Of a DNA stretch of 56,874 nt, positions 1 through 8,683 are shown piece after piece (the stretch's first letter is position 1; every line of letters begins with the position of its first letter). The notes beneath the pieces were generated by a model. That model saw only the letters and a program-made list of their open reading frames with translations, was not told the origin of the DNA and searched no databases. A program made the position numbers and the translations under genes. Source of the stretch: a virus (lineage: Duplodnaviria > Caudoviricetes); the IMG/VR virus record IMGVR_UViG_3300049491_000539, positions 1 to 56,874 of that record; one strand, given 5' to 3'.

Positions 1-82
1 AAACTATTTTGGGAAAAATATTCTAAATTGTTCAGGGAAAGCCATCATATTGCAGAAAATGAATCCAAAAAATGTGAAATAC

Positions 83-380
83 TTTTGGCAACCTTCGTAT
101 AGGTAATTTAGGAGTTCTGGCAACCGGTCAGAAAGGGTCAATTTTGATGAAAAAACTAGAAAAAACGACAATTAAGGGTTTTGGCAACTTATCGGTTTGC
201 CGAAACTAATTTTGGAGGAGTTTTGGCAACCGACAATAAATCAATGAAATCATATAGTTGAATAGTTTTGGCAACTTTGGCAACCTTCCTCTTAATACAC
301 ATTTTAATAATCTCTCTCTATAAACACTCGTTTTCATGTATATACCCATATCGGTTGCCGGTTGCCAAAGTTGCCAAAAC
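83..380. repeat. Iteron-like TTGGCAAC repeat cluster with a 21-bp perfect inverted repeat; putative replication origin
   Basis: (T)TTGGCAAC copies near 83, 115, 179, 221, 266 and 276, with inverted copies at 353-380. GTTTTGGCAACTTTGGCAACC (265-285) is the exact reverse complement of 360-380, around an AT-rich spacer. It lies just downstream of the primase gene. Confidence 0.7.
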
Positions 381-426
381 TCGAAAACCCAATCGCAAAA
401 TTATTCTAATCGGTCGTTTGTTAGTC

Positions 427-450
427 AAAAAAAATCCCGCCGAAGCGGGA
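427..450 (-). terminator. Rho-independent terminator of the primase gene
   Basis: Minus strand reads TCCCGC-TTCG-GCGGGA followed by a T run, 6 bp after the primase stop. Confidence 0.85.
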
Positions 451-455
451 CGAGT

Positions 456-2903
456 TCAATCAATAATTTCCCATAATCGCTCGTTCACAATGAAGTCCTT
501 CGCAGGTCGTCCTTCTTTATGATTTTCGCGATTAGGCCTTATCCACTTCAATTGAACGAGATGTGCAATTGCTTCTTCAAGAATGACGACATCGGTCTTT
601 GCTGAGATTCCTCTTATCCCCGCCTCACGCCGCATTTGTCGAAGGTTGAACTTATCAATGTCGTTCGACGCGATCCACGTTGCGATGATTTTTGCCATAT
701 GAACATCGGCACTCAGAATGCTGTGGCCGTAGACACGACGTTGCATCGGTTTAATATACTCTTCGCGAAAGCGGATAGCGCACTTAACGGCCTCAATTGA
801 GATCACGTCTGGCGCGTCATCTTCAAACTCATCTTGAGACCACCAGAGCATTTCGAGTATCAGCGCTATTCTAGCGACGTGGCCGTGCGCTTTACCGTAT
901 GCGCCTGAAAGTGTGGCTGGCACGTAGCGCTCGTCGAAGGTGCGTTGATTCACCCAGGCTCCAAAGGCAGCAAGCGCCTCGCGGCTGAACGGAACGCGAA
1001 TGGGTTCTTTGATCTCCCCATCAGCTGTGTGCATGGTCAACTCGGAAAGCCGCTGGATAGCCTCGCGCATTCGATTGGCGAAGGGTGCGTTGGCTTCGAA
1101 GGGACGGATGGTGTTCTCAGGCCAGAAAGGTATGAAGCGAGCCTGTAGACCGTCGTCTGAACTGTTGAGCATGTCAGTTAGACGCTCAGGCTGGATGCCG
1201 CCTAGGATGCCGACTGAGAAGTGAGGGATGCGAACGGGAACGCCGTTGTCCTTGACTCGGTCAATCACGTAGGGTCCGCCGCCGTAGGCTTCCAGCCACG
1301 CTGGCCGGTCAGAGCCGCTGTTATAGCGTGCGAGATTGGAATACCAGCCGCTCATTTCGTCACGAAAGTTCAGGAACCCTCTTGGATTACCCGCCAAAGC
1401 CCGCTGTAGGGCTTCCAGCGTGGCGTCAGTGAGGTAGGCGCGACGTTTCTGTGGTTCGGCTGGTGGAAGACAGTCAGCTGGCATTGGCGGCGGGTTCTCG
1501 CCCTTTTCAACAGTAGCGGCGGATATGGCTTCCCACTGTTTGCGTTTTATGTCGGCGATCTTCTTCTCGCCGGTCCACTGACGATGCCGCTCGATGTGTG
1601 ACGGGAGCCACATTTGCTCAAGATCAGACATGATTTTGACGAGAGGTCGAAAGGCTGGTGATTTGCTGGCGCTCGGCGGTCCAATGACCTGACACCAGAG
1701 GATCGGCGGCTCTGACCAACCTTCACGAACTTGAACCCACCTGGCGTTACCGATCACCGAACCTGCAATAGCCAACAGTGCGGCAGCGGCGTAGTCAACG
1801 GGTGCGGCTCCGGTCTTTGCTAAAGCCACCACTTCCTTTGCCCAAAAAGGGCCGAGAATATCCAGCGGGAAGTCTGCTGAGTCTTGTAGAACCTGATTGA
1901 GAATCGTCAGATCAGGGTCATCAATCCGCGTGTGTGACTTCTCGTCGTTTTGTTCTGATTCTGGTTCTTCCAGATCATCAAACTCGTCTTGGATGGTTAA
2001 CAGCTCGGCGCGGTAGTGAGCGTCCCGCGCTGCCTGAATGATCGTCGCCATGCGAATCGGGTTCTTGCGACCAAGTTTAAAGTGACGCCAGCTTTGGCGC
2101 TGAACGTCGCCGTCATACTTCTCTGATTTCTTCGAGAACTTGTTCCAGAGCTTGAATGCAGCCGAAGAACCTTCAAACTCGTGATGCAGCGCCATACCGA
2201 GATGAAGCCAACCGTCGCGGTCGTCGCACCAATGGTCTAACGGCAGATCACGAAGTGTTTCTTCCGCCTCCTCTAAGGTGATGCCAAGGATTTCAGAATC
2301 AAGCTCGTCTTCTTCACTTTCACCGACCAAATCTTCGATGATTCGGCTGGAAATAAGCGGCAAACCATCAAATTCTAGGTCAAACGCGCGCTCCCAACGG
2401 TATTTTTTGCCCGTTTCAGGATGGATTGAGGGTGGTATAGCGACTTGTTTTCCGGTGCCGAAAAGTTCAATTTCCCAGAACCTATGCTTCTTTCCATCTT
2501 TCCCGACGAACCGATCATCGCTGTAGGCGAGCTTTTTTGAAGGGAATTCACGATCCGTGACGAAATAAATGTGCCGAGATTCGCCACCTGAACCAGAAAT
2601 AACGATTGGAAACTTTGATATTTTGACCTTTTTGAACAGGTCTTTGAGACAATCCCAGGCTTCTTCCGCAAAATCAGCGTCACGAACGTCGAGATCAATA
2701 CAGTGAAGATACTTCCCGTCGATTTTTGACCACTTGCCGAGGCGAACTCCAACATTCATCCCGTCGCGATATTGTTGCTTGAGCGCGTCCAAACTGGCAA
2801 CAGGTTTCTTTGACCAGTCGTCGCCTATTGGTGCTTTTGATCGAGGTTTTAGCCAGTGGATGGCAAAACCGTCGTCAACGAGTGATTGGATTTCCTTGAT
2901 CAC
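456..2903 (-). CDS. Primase-polymerase (Prim-Pol + PriCT-2) fused to a DUF3987/YfjI-like P-loop domain
   Basis: N-terminal KAPIGDDW...NVGVRLG...IDLDVR...GGESRHIYF...QVAIPPSIHP; PriCT-2-like WLHLGMALH...W.KFS..SEKY; C-terminal GPPSASKSPA, DATLEAL, RDEMSGW, GGIQP, DDGLQARF. Confidence 0.85.
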   Translation of the reverse strand: MIKEIQSLVDDGFAIHWLKPRSKAPIGDDWSKKPVASLDALKQQYRDGMNVGVRLGKWSKIDGKYLHCIDLDVRDADFAEEAWDCLKDLFKKVKISKFPIVISGSGGESRHIYFVTDREFPSKKLAYSDDRFVGKDGKKHRFWEIELFGTGKQVAIPPSIHPETGKKYRWERAFDLEFDGLPLISSRIIEDLVGESEEDELDSEILGITLEEAEETLRDLPLDHWCDDRDGWLHLGMALHHEFEGSSAAFKLWNKFSKKSEKYDGDVQRQSWRHFKLGRKNPIRMATIIQAARDAHYRAELLTIQDEFDDLEEPESEQNDEKSHTRIDDPDLTILNQVLQDSADFPLDILGPFWAKEVVALAKTGAAPVDYAAAALLAIAGSVIGNARWVQVREGWSEPPILWCQVIGPPSASKSPAFRPLVKIMSDLEQMWLPSHIERHRQWTGEKKIADIKRKQWEAISAATVEKGENPPPMPADCLPPAEPQKRRAYLTDATLEALQRALAGNPRGFLNFRDEMSGWYSNLARYNSGSDRPAWLEAYGGGPYVIDRVKDNGVPVRIPHFSVGILGGIQPERLTDMLNSSDDGLQARFIPFWPENTIRPFEANAPFANRMREAIQRLSELTMHTADGEIKEPIRVPFSREALAAFGAWVNQRTFDERYVPATLSGAYGKAHGHVARIALILEMLWWSQDEFEDDAPDVISIEAVKCAIRFREEYIKPMQRRVYGHSILSADVHMAKIIATWIASNDIDKFNLRQMRREAGIRGISAKTDVVILEEAIAHLVQLKWIRPNRENHKEGRPAKDFIVNERLWEIID

Positions 2904-2920
2904 GGCATTCTCCCGTTGGG

Positions 2921-3172
2921 TCAGGAGATGACGGTGAATTCAAGCAGCTTCTTCTTTTTGATCTGACATCCGGCAATTTCCAGAATGGGCTTCACCTGCC
3001 TCGCTGGCAACTCGTTGGCGTCGAGCCATTTATAGACGGCTTGCCAAGTCACTTTGAGTTCGACTGCCAGCTTTCTGACGTTCAATTTACCTCTATCATT
3101 CGTGAAGTCGGGAAGCCCCGCTGCAAGCTCGTCGGATAGGCATGAAGCCTCAGTGTTAGTGCTGTTATTCAT
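2921..3172 (-). CDS. Cro-like helix-turn-helix regulator
   Basis: VRKLAVELKVTWQAVYKWL HTH; start moved to ATG 3172 after GAGG; divergent from the replication operon. Confidence 0.7.
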   Translation of the reverse strand: MNNSTNTEASCLSDELAAGLPDFTNDRGKLNVRKLAVELKVTWQAVYKWLDANELPARQVKPILEIAGCQIKKKKLLEFTVIS

Positions 3173-3224
3173 TACGGCCTCACGTTCTGATTTGGCCGGA
3201 CCATAGACGTGCAAAAATTAATAA

Positions 3225-3264
3225 TCAACTATTTGTTGACACTTCAACCAGAAAGTGGTTTTCA
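3225..3264 (+). promoter_or_regulatory. Palindromic operator TCAACTATTTGTTGA overlapping a TTGACA -35 element, plus a second degenerate copy
   Basis: Perfect TCAAC-N5-GTTGA at 3225-3239, TTGACA at 3236-3241 and a degenerate copy at 3244-3258, all in the divergent intergenic gap. Confidence 0.7.
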
Positions 3265-3310
3265 ATGTGAAGCCGGTCACGGCCCATGCAAACACAATTT
3301 GGAGAACACC

Positions 3311-3742
3311 ATGTCATCACTTGAACAGCGACTTGCCGAGAATACGGAAGCCTTGAAAGAGAACAACGAACTCATCCGCGCAATGTTGTCAGCCGCTGCC
3401 GCCACGACCGCGAAGCGTGCAACCAAAAAAACGGCGTCTGACGACGGCAAAGCACCCGCAGCTGCTGAAAAAGCTGCGGCAAAAGCACCAACCACCCGGA
3501 AGAAGACGAAGTTCTCTGAGACCGACGTGAAGGAAATCGCGGCGAAGTATCTCGATGTTGAAGACGAGACCGAGCACGCAGAGCGCAAGGAAAAGGCGAA
3601 GAAAGTTCCGGCGAAATACGGCGTGAAGAAGCTTGCAGAAATCCCCGAAGCTGACCGCGCCGAGGCGATCCAGATTTTCGAAATGTTGATCGCTGGCGAG
3701 GACTACGACTTCGACGGCGCTGAGGAAGACGACGAGATTTGA
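3311..3742 (+). CDS. Hypothetical replication-module protein (Ala/Lys-rich linker, acidic tail)
   Basis: GGAGA RBS then ATG 3311; SLEQRLAENTEAL N-terminus and KYGVKKLAEIPE C-domain resemble the gene preceding DUF2800 in Chi-like phages. Confidence 0.75.
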   Translation: MSSLEQRLAENTEALKENNELIRAMLSAAAATTAKRATKKTASDDGKAPAAAEKAAAKAPTTRKKTKFSETDVKEIAAKYLDVEDETEHAERKEKAKKVPAKYGVKKLAEIPEADRAEAIQIFEMLIAGEDYDFDGAEEDDEI

Positions 3743-3755
3743 TTCTCGTCTCGTA

Positions 3756-3786
3756 AGAAGCCCTAGCCGAAAGGCTGGGGTTTTCT
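3756..3786 (+). terminator. Stem-loop terminator/attenuator
   Basis: CCCTAGCC-GAAA-GGCTGGGG followed by TTTTCT. Confidence 0.65.
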
Positions 3787-3835
3787 GTTGAACGGTCCCG
3801 TGACCGCTTTACCGAAAACCCGCAGGTAAATTCAG

Positions 3836-5038
3836 TTGGCTGAACACGCAAGACTTTCACCTTCATCGGCCTCACGCTGGATGCGTTGCCCCGGCTCTGT
3901 GACGTTCATTGAGGCTGAGGAAATTGGCGATGAGTCTGGTGTTCCAGCGATGGAGGGAACCATTCTCCACTCGTTCTGCGAAACCTGCTTGCGGGATGAG
4001 GTTTCGCCCTTCGACCTGATAGGCGAGGTTCGCAAATACTCTGATTGTAACGATCACTTCAAGGATGGCGATCAGGACCACAGCTACGAACTCACTGAGG
4101 ACGATGCTGACCAAATTCAAGATGCGCTTGACCGGATTGATTCTATTGCGGGCAAATTGGTCATTGAACACAGGGTCAATTTGAAGCGCTGGATGCCGGG
4201 TCAATTCGGCACACTCGACATCGGAATAGTTGGCAAAAAGTGGATCACGATCTGGGATTGGAAGTGGGGATGGAACCCCGTCTCACCGGTTTTCAACGAA
4301 CAACTGATGACTTATGCGCTGGGGTTCTGGGATAATATTGCCCGTCATGAAAGCGATGCCACAAATTTCAGGCTGATTATTGAACAACCACGCATAAGCA
4401 GCGGCGGCGGTGTCTGGGAAACTACGCTCGACGAGCTTTCTGAGTTTGGCGCGAGGTTGAAGAAGCAAGCTGCAAAAGTGCTGGACGGGGCTGCCGAGCG
4501 CGTTCCTGGCGCTAAGCAGTGTGAGTATTGCCCCGGTGCAAAGAACATGTCTTGTCCGGAATACAACAAGTTTAACTACGATTTGGTGTGTCAGGACTTC
4601 GACGAGCTTGACGATCTCGCCTCGGCTGGTCTTCCGGCGCGAATGCCGCGATTCCTGACATCAGAGCGTCGCAGCTTCATTCTTGAAAACAGAGCGATGT
4701 TTGAAAAGTGGCTTGAGCGGATGCACGCTGAGGCTTTGGACGACGCGCTTAAAGGAAGACCCGTTCCGGGACTGAAAGCTGTCAGCGGACGAAATCCACC
4801 GCGCAAGTGGAAAGACGACGAAGCTGCCAAAGCCATGCTTACTGAGACGCTCGCGGAAGACGCTTGGAACAAAAAAATCATCTCACCGGCTCAGGCCGAG
4901 AAGATTCTCAGACCGTCAATTTGGGTGAAGGCGGATGAGATGGTCGACAAAGGAAAACCCAAACCAATCCTCGTTTCGGAGTTTGACAGTCGCGAACCAT
5001 TGCGAACCGTCATTGATGAATTCGACGATCTGGACTGA
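3836..5038 (+). CDS. DUF2800 Cas4-like PD-(D/E)xK exonuclease
   Basis: HARLSPSSASRWMRCPGS, EGTILH, FGTLD...IWDWKWG, QLMTYALG, C.YCP...C Fe-S cysteines. Confidence 0.9.
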   Translation: MAEHARLSPSSASRWMRCPGSVTFIEAEEIGDESGVPAMEGTILHSFCETCLRDEVSPFDLIGEVRKYSDCNDHFKDGDQDHSYELTEDDADQIQDALDRIDSIAGKLVIEHRVNLKRWMPGQFGTLDIGIVGKKWITIWDWKWGWNPVSPVFNEQLMTYALGFWDNIARHESDATNFRLIIEQPRISSGGGVWETTLDELSEFGARLKKQAAKVLDGAAERVPGAKQCEYCPGAKNMSCPEYNKFNYDLVCQDFDELDDLASAGLPARMPRFLTSERRSFILENRAMFEKWLERMHAEALDDALKGRPVPGLKAVSGRNPPRKWKDDEAAKAMLTETLAEDAWNKKIISPAQAEKILRPSIWVKADEMVDKGKPKPILVSEFDSREPLRTVIDEFDDLD

Positions 5039-5061
5039 TCAACTTAACGAAGGAGGGCCAA

Positions 5062-5853
5062 ATGGCCGACAAAGATAACGACCGGACAGTCGGAAAAATT
5101 CAGTTGAAGGATGTCAGACTGTCATTCCCCGCGCTCTTCCGTCCAAAGGCTTTTGCTGACGGCGGCGAACCTTCTTATCAGGCGAGCTTCTTGATCGACC
5201 CTGAAACGAAGGCTGGCAAGTTGATGTGTGACCTCATTGAGGACACCATTGATGATGTTAAAGACGCCAAATGGGCGAAGAACCCGCCCAAGATCAAGAG
5301 CGACAAGCAGCCGTTCCATGATGGTGAAGATTACCAGTATGACGGTTACGAAGGTATGATGGTTCTGTCGGCGCGGAACCAGAAAAAGCCGCGAATTCTT
5401 GACCGTGACAAAACTGATCTCGACGAGTCAGACGGTCGACCATATGCTGGATGCTACGTCGACGCGATTGTTCGGATTTGGGCGCAGGACAACCAGTATG
5501 GCAAGCGCATCAACTGCTCATTGGAGGCGATTCGCTACCGCCGCGACGGTGAGGCGTTCGGCGCTGCTCCGGTAGACATCGAGGAATTTGACGACCTCGA
5601 AGAAGAGAAGTCGGACCGTAAACGGCGCAGCGGTGACGACGAAGATGATGTGCCAGCAGACCGTAAGCGTCGGTCGCGTGACGATGATGAGCCGACTGAA
5701 CGGAAGCGCCGATCCCGCGATGACGACGAACCTTCTGAGCGCAAGCGTTCGACGAGTGATGATGAACCAACCGAACGGAAACGGCGCAGCCGTGACGACG
5801 AAGATGACCGCCCCGTTGAACGCAAGCGCCGGTCGCGAGACGACGATCTGTGA
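5062..5853 (+). CDS. DUF2815 ssDNA-binding protein with a repetitive charged C-terminal tail
   Basis: VRLSFPALF, PYAGCYV, NQYGKRINCSLEAIRY..DGEAFG; tail of ERKRRSRDDDEP-type repeats. Confidence 0.9.
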   Translation: MADKDNDRTVGKIQLKDVRLSFPALFRPKAFADGGEPSYQASFLIDPETKAGKLMCDLIEDTIDDVKDAKWAKNPPKIKSDKQPFHDGEDYQYDGYEGMMVLSARNQKKPRILDRDKTDLDESDGRPYAGCYVDAIVRIWAQDNQYGKRINCSLEAIRYRRDGEAFGAAPVDIEEFDDLEEEKSDRKRRSGDDEDDVPADRKRRSRDDDEPTERKRRSRDDDEPSERKRSTSDDEPTERKRRSRDDEDDRPVERKRRSRDDDL

Positions 5854-6947
5854 GCACATACTTCATTGACAGTGAGGTCTACAAAAACTTCTTTCTCGTC
5901 GGCGGCAAAACCGCTGACGGGAAAGTGTTTTCGTTGGAGATGTCGTCCGGCGAAAGCTTAGATACGAATCGCCTGAAACGCTTCATGTTGATGAACAAGA
6001 CGGTTGGCTTTAACAGCCGTTCATTTGATCTTCCTGTCATCTATGGGGCGATTGCGGGACTTCCCACAACTGATCTCAAGGCGATTGCTGACAAGATCAT
6101 TCTTGGTGGCGCGAAGTCCTGGGATATTGAGAAAGAATACGGTTTCGAGATACCAAGAAAACTCGATCATATTGACCTCATTGAGATACCGATTGGTCAG
6201 GCCAGCTTGAAGATTTACGGCGGCCGAATTCATGCACCACGAATGCAGGATTTGCCAATTGAGCCAGAAGCTTTGCTCACTACGAAGCAGATGGACGAGA
6301 TTTACGACTACTGGATCAATGATCTGGACACGACACATCTTCTCTTTGAAAAGTTGAAGCCAGAGATAGAACTTCGCGAAAAAATGAGCGAAGAATATGG
6401 TCAGGACTTGAGGTCAAAGAGCGATGCCCAGATCGCCGAGGCAGTCATCAAGGTTCAGGTTTCCAGCTTACTCGACATGAAGGTTAAAAAGCCGGAAATC
6501 CGATCTGGAACCACCTATAACTATACCATTCCGTCATTTATCAAGTTCAAGTCGGGCGACCTCAACGACATGCTGGAAGAAATTCGGCAGTCTAAATTCA
6601 TCGTCTCCAAGACCGGTAATATTCTAATGCCGAAGGCACTTGAGGACGCAAAAATATCGATTGGTGAGGGCGTCTACAGACTAGGCATCGGCGGGCTGCA
6701 TAGCTCGGAACAGACGACATCCCATGTTGCTGACGACGAAACAATTCTGATAGATCGGGATGTGGCGAGTTATTATCCCGCGATCATCATTAATCAAGGT
6801 CTTCATCCCGCGCACATGGGATGGGCATTTCTGCGGGTCTACAAAAAGATCGTCGCACGCCGTCTGAAAGCGAAGGCGCGTGTTGCTGAGCTAAAAAAAC
6901 AGATCGAAGACCTCAAAGTAAGTTTGAAGGAATTAGATTTTGGCTGA
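5850..6947 (+). CDS. Family B DNA polymerase, N-terminal fragment (3'-5' exonuclease, motif A, first fingers helix)
   Basis: Exo motifs DSEVY, GFNSRSFDL and YWINDL; GIGGLHS; motif A DRDVASYYPAII; ends after RRLKAK with a heptad tail. Confidence 0.88.
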   Translation: MSTYFIDSEVYKNFFLVGGKTADGKVFSLEMSSGESLDTNRLKRFMLMNKTVGFNSRSFDLPVIYGAIAGLPTTDLKAIADKIILGGAKSWDIEKEYGFEIPRKLDHIDLIEIPIGQASLKIYGGRIHAPRMQDLPIEPEALLTTKQMDEIYDYWINDLDTTHLLFEKLKPEIELREKMSEEYGQDLRSKSDAQIAEAVIKVQVSSLLDMKVKKPEIRSGTTYNYTIPSFIKFKSGDLNDMLEEIRQSKFIVSKTGNILMPKALEDAKISIGEGVYRLGIGGLHSSEQTTSHVADDETILIDRDVASYYPAIIINQGLHPAHMGWAFLRVYKKIVARRLKAKARVAELKKQIEDLKVSLKELDFG

Positions 6948-7599
6948 AACGTATCATAAACGCGGGGAGTTAATAGACGGTTATAGAGTGAGAGAACATC
7001 CTTGTTACAATGCGTGGTCTGGAATGAAACAAAGATGCATTAATGATAAGAACCCGTCATTTGAAAATTACGGGAACAGAGGAATTTCATATTGTTCAAG
7101 ATGGGCGCATTTTAGAAATTTTGTTTTTGATATGGGGATACCTTCTTTTACCAACGCTTCAATTGATAGAATAGACAACAATAAAGGTTATTCTGCTGAA
7201 AATTGTAGATGGGCGACAAGAAATATTCAGGCATCTAATAGAAGGTTATTTAAGTCAAACAAATCTGGTTTTACGGGTGTTTCAAAAACTAGGTCCGATT
7301 CATTTCTCGCACGACACCAATGTGAATTGGGTAGATTCAATCTAGGGCGGTTTGAAAGTGCTGCGGAAGCTGCACAGGCAGTGACAAAGTTTTCCAAGTT
7401 GTTATTCGTTGACCCTGCCTCCGCTATGATGATGTGTGAGAGACGCGCCAGACTAGATTCAGCAACAGGAATCAGAGGTATCAGTTCGCACGCATCGGGG
7501 TTCATTGTTAGAAAAACACTCAACGGCGAGCGTATTTATTTAGGACACTCGACCACCCTAGCAGAAGCGGTGAAGATTTTATTGGTGGGTCAATCATGA
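6940..7599 (+). CDS. HNH homing endonuclease with AP2-like DNA-binding domains, inserted in the polymerase gene
   Basis: YNAWSGMKQRC...YGNRGI...SIDRIDNNKGY..ENCRWAT; AP2-like NKSGFTGV...LGRF and a second TGIRGI...YLG; visibly AT-richer than its flanks; overlaps both pol fragments. Confidence 0.9.
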   Translation: MAETYHKRGELIDGYRVREHPCYNAWSGMKQRCINDKNPSFENYGNRGISYCSRWAHFRNFVFDMGIPSFTNASIDRIDNNKGYSAENCRWATRNIQASNRRLFKSNKSGFTGVSKTRSDSFLARHQCELGRFNLGRFESAAEAAQAVTKFSKLLFVDPASAMMMCERRARLDSATGIRGISSHASGFIVRKTLNGERIYLGHSTTLAEAVKILLVGQS

Positions 7600-8417
7600 C
7601 AACAAGAGAAGAAATCTTGTTGAAAATATCAAATCTTGAGAAAGAACTTTCTGCCGAAAAATCACAAGCAGACGGTGGAAAAATTCAAATTAATGGAAGC
7701 TTTGGAAAATTTGGAAATCGATGGTCCACACTTTATTCGCCGCAGCTTTTGATTCAGGTGACTATCACCGGTCAGCTTGCGTTGCTGATGCTCATTGAGC
7801 GACTTCATGAGGCACGAATTCCGGTTGTCAGCGCCAACACAGACGGCGTGGTGATAAAATGTCCTAAGTCACTTCAACTGCGAATGGGAGACGTGGTGGC
7901 TGGTTGGGAAATTGACACTGGTTTTGAAACTGAGGCGACTCAATATTCTGCGCTCTACAGCCGAGATGTGAACAACTACGTTGCCGTTAAGCATGATGGC
8001 ACGGCTAAGACCAAGGGCGCATATGCGGACCCAGGACTTTCAAAAAATCCGACAAATCAAATCTGCGTGGACGCGGTGATCGCAAAGATCACGAAGGGTG
8101 AGTCGATCTCCAAAACTATCCGAGAATGCACAGACATCAGGAAGTTCGTGACGATCCGCGCCGTCCGTGGTGGCGCGATCTGGGATGGTTTTTATCTTGG
8201 AAAAGCCGTCAGGTGGTATTATTCGAAAACATCAAACTCAGCCATTCATTACAAAATGCCGAACAAAACTGGAAACCACAACAAGGTTGCCAGAACGGAC
8301 GGTTGTCGACCGTTGATGAACTTGCCTGACGCGTTGCCGAGCGACGTGGACTTTGCTTGGTATATTAGGGAAGCGAGGTCAATTCTTGAAGATATTGGCT
8401 ATAATGGTGGTCTCTGA
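7596..8417 (+). CDS. Family B DNA polymerase, C-terminal fragment (motifs B and C, thumb)
   Basis: Motif B KIQINGSFGK, VTITGQLALLMLIE, motif C SANTDG, RDVNNY, KTKG. Confidence 0.88.
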   Translation: MTTREEILLKISNLEKELSAEKSQADGGKIQINGSFGKFGNRWSTLYSPQLLIQVTITGQLALLMLIERLHEARIPVVSANTDGVVIKCPKSLQLRMGDVVAGWEIDTGFETEATQYSALYSRDVNNYVAVKHDGTAKTKGAYADPGLSKNPTNQICVDAVIAKITKGESISKTIRECTDIRKFVTIRAVRGGAIWDGFYLGKAVRWYYSKTSNSAIHYKMPNKTGNHNKVARTDGCRPLMNLPDALPSDVDFAWYIREARSILEDIGYNGGL

Positions 8418-8683
8418 TGCGCGAGTCTTACATAGTTTCAAAAGTCGTCGCGTTCGCTGAAAAACAAGGTTTCCTTCATAGAAAAGTCCTCTATGCCGGC
8501 CGAAAGGGCGCACCCGATGATTGGTTTTTTGGCGCTGGCGCTCGCCTTGAAATCATAGAGTTTAAGGCACCTGGAGAGCAGCCTGACGCTGTGCAAGAAC
8601 GTGAAATAGCTCGCCTTCGGAAGCTTGGTTTCAACATTCACGTCGTTGATGATGTGGATAAAGGCATAAAGATATTCTTATGA
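8417..8683 (+). CDS. VRR-NUC domain nuclease
   Basis: RES.I...GRKGAPD...IEFKAPG...Q.REI..LRKLGF..HVVD. Confidence 0.85.
   Translation: MRESYIVSKVVAFAEKQGFLHRKVLYAGRKGAPDDWFFGAGARLEIIEFKAPGEQPDAVQEREIARLRKLGFNIHVVDDVDKGIKIFL

Noticed and set aside
268-522. 84-aa ORF at the left end
   Set aside because: Runs through the iteron repeats and terminator and overlaps the primase antisense; likely spurious
3836-5038. Cas4-like gene as part of a CRISPR system
   Set aside because: No repeat-spacer array or other cas genes are present; DUF2800 is a standard phage replication-module nuclease
6940-7599. Group I intron or intein in the polymerase
   Set aside because: The three ORFs overlap with no non-coding space, the halves are separate ORFs with their own stop and start, and no intein terminal motifs are seen; only RT-PCR could fully exclude splicing
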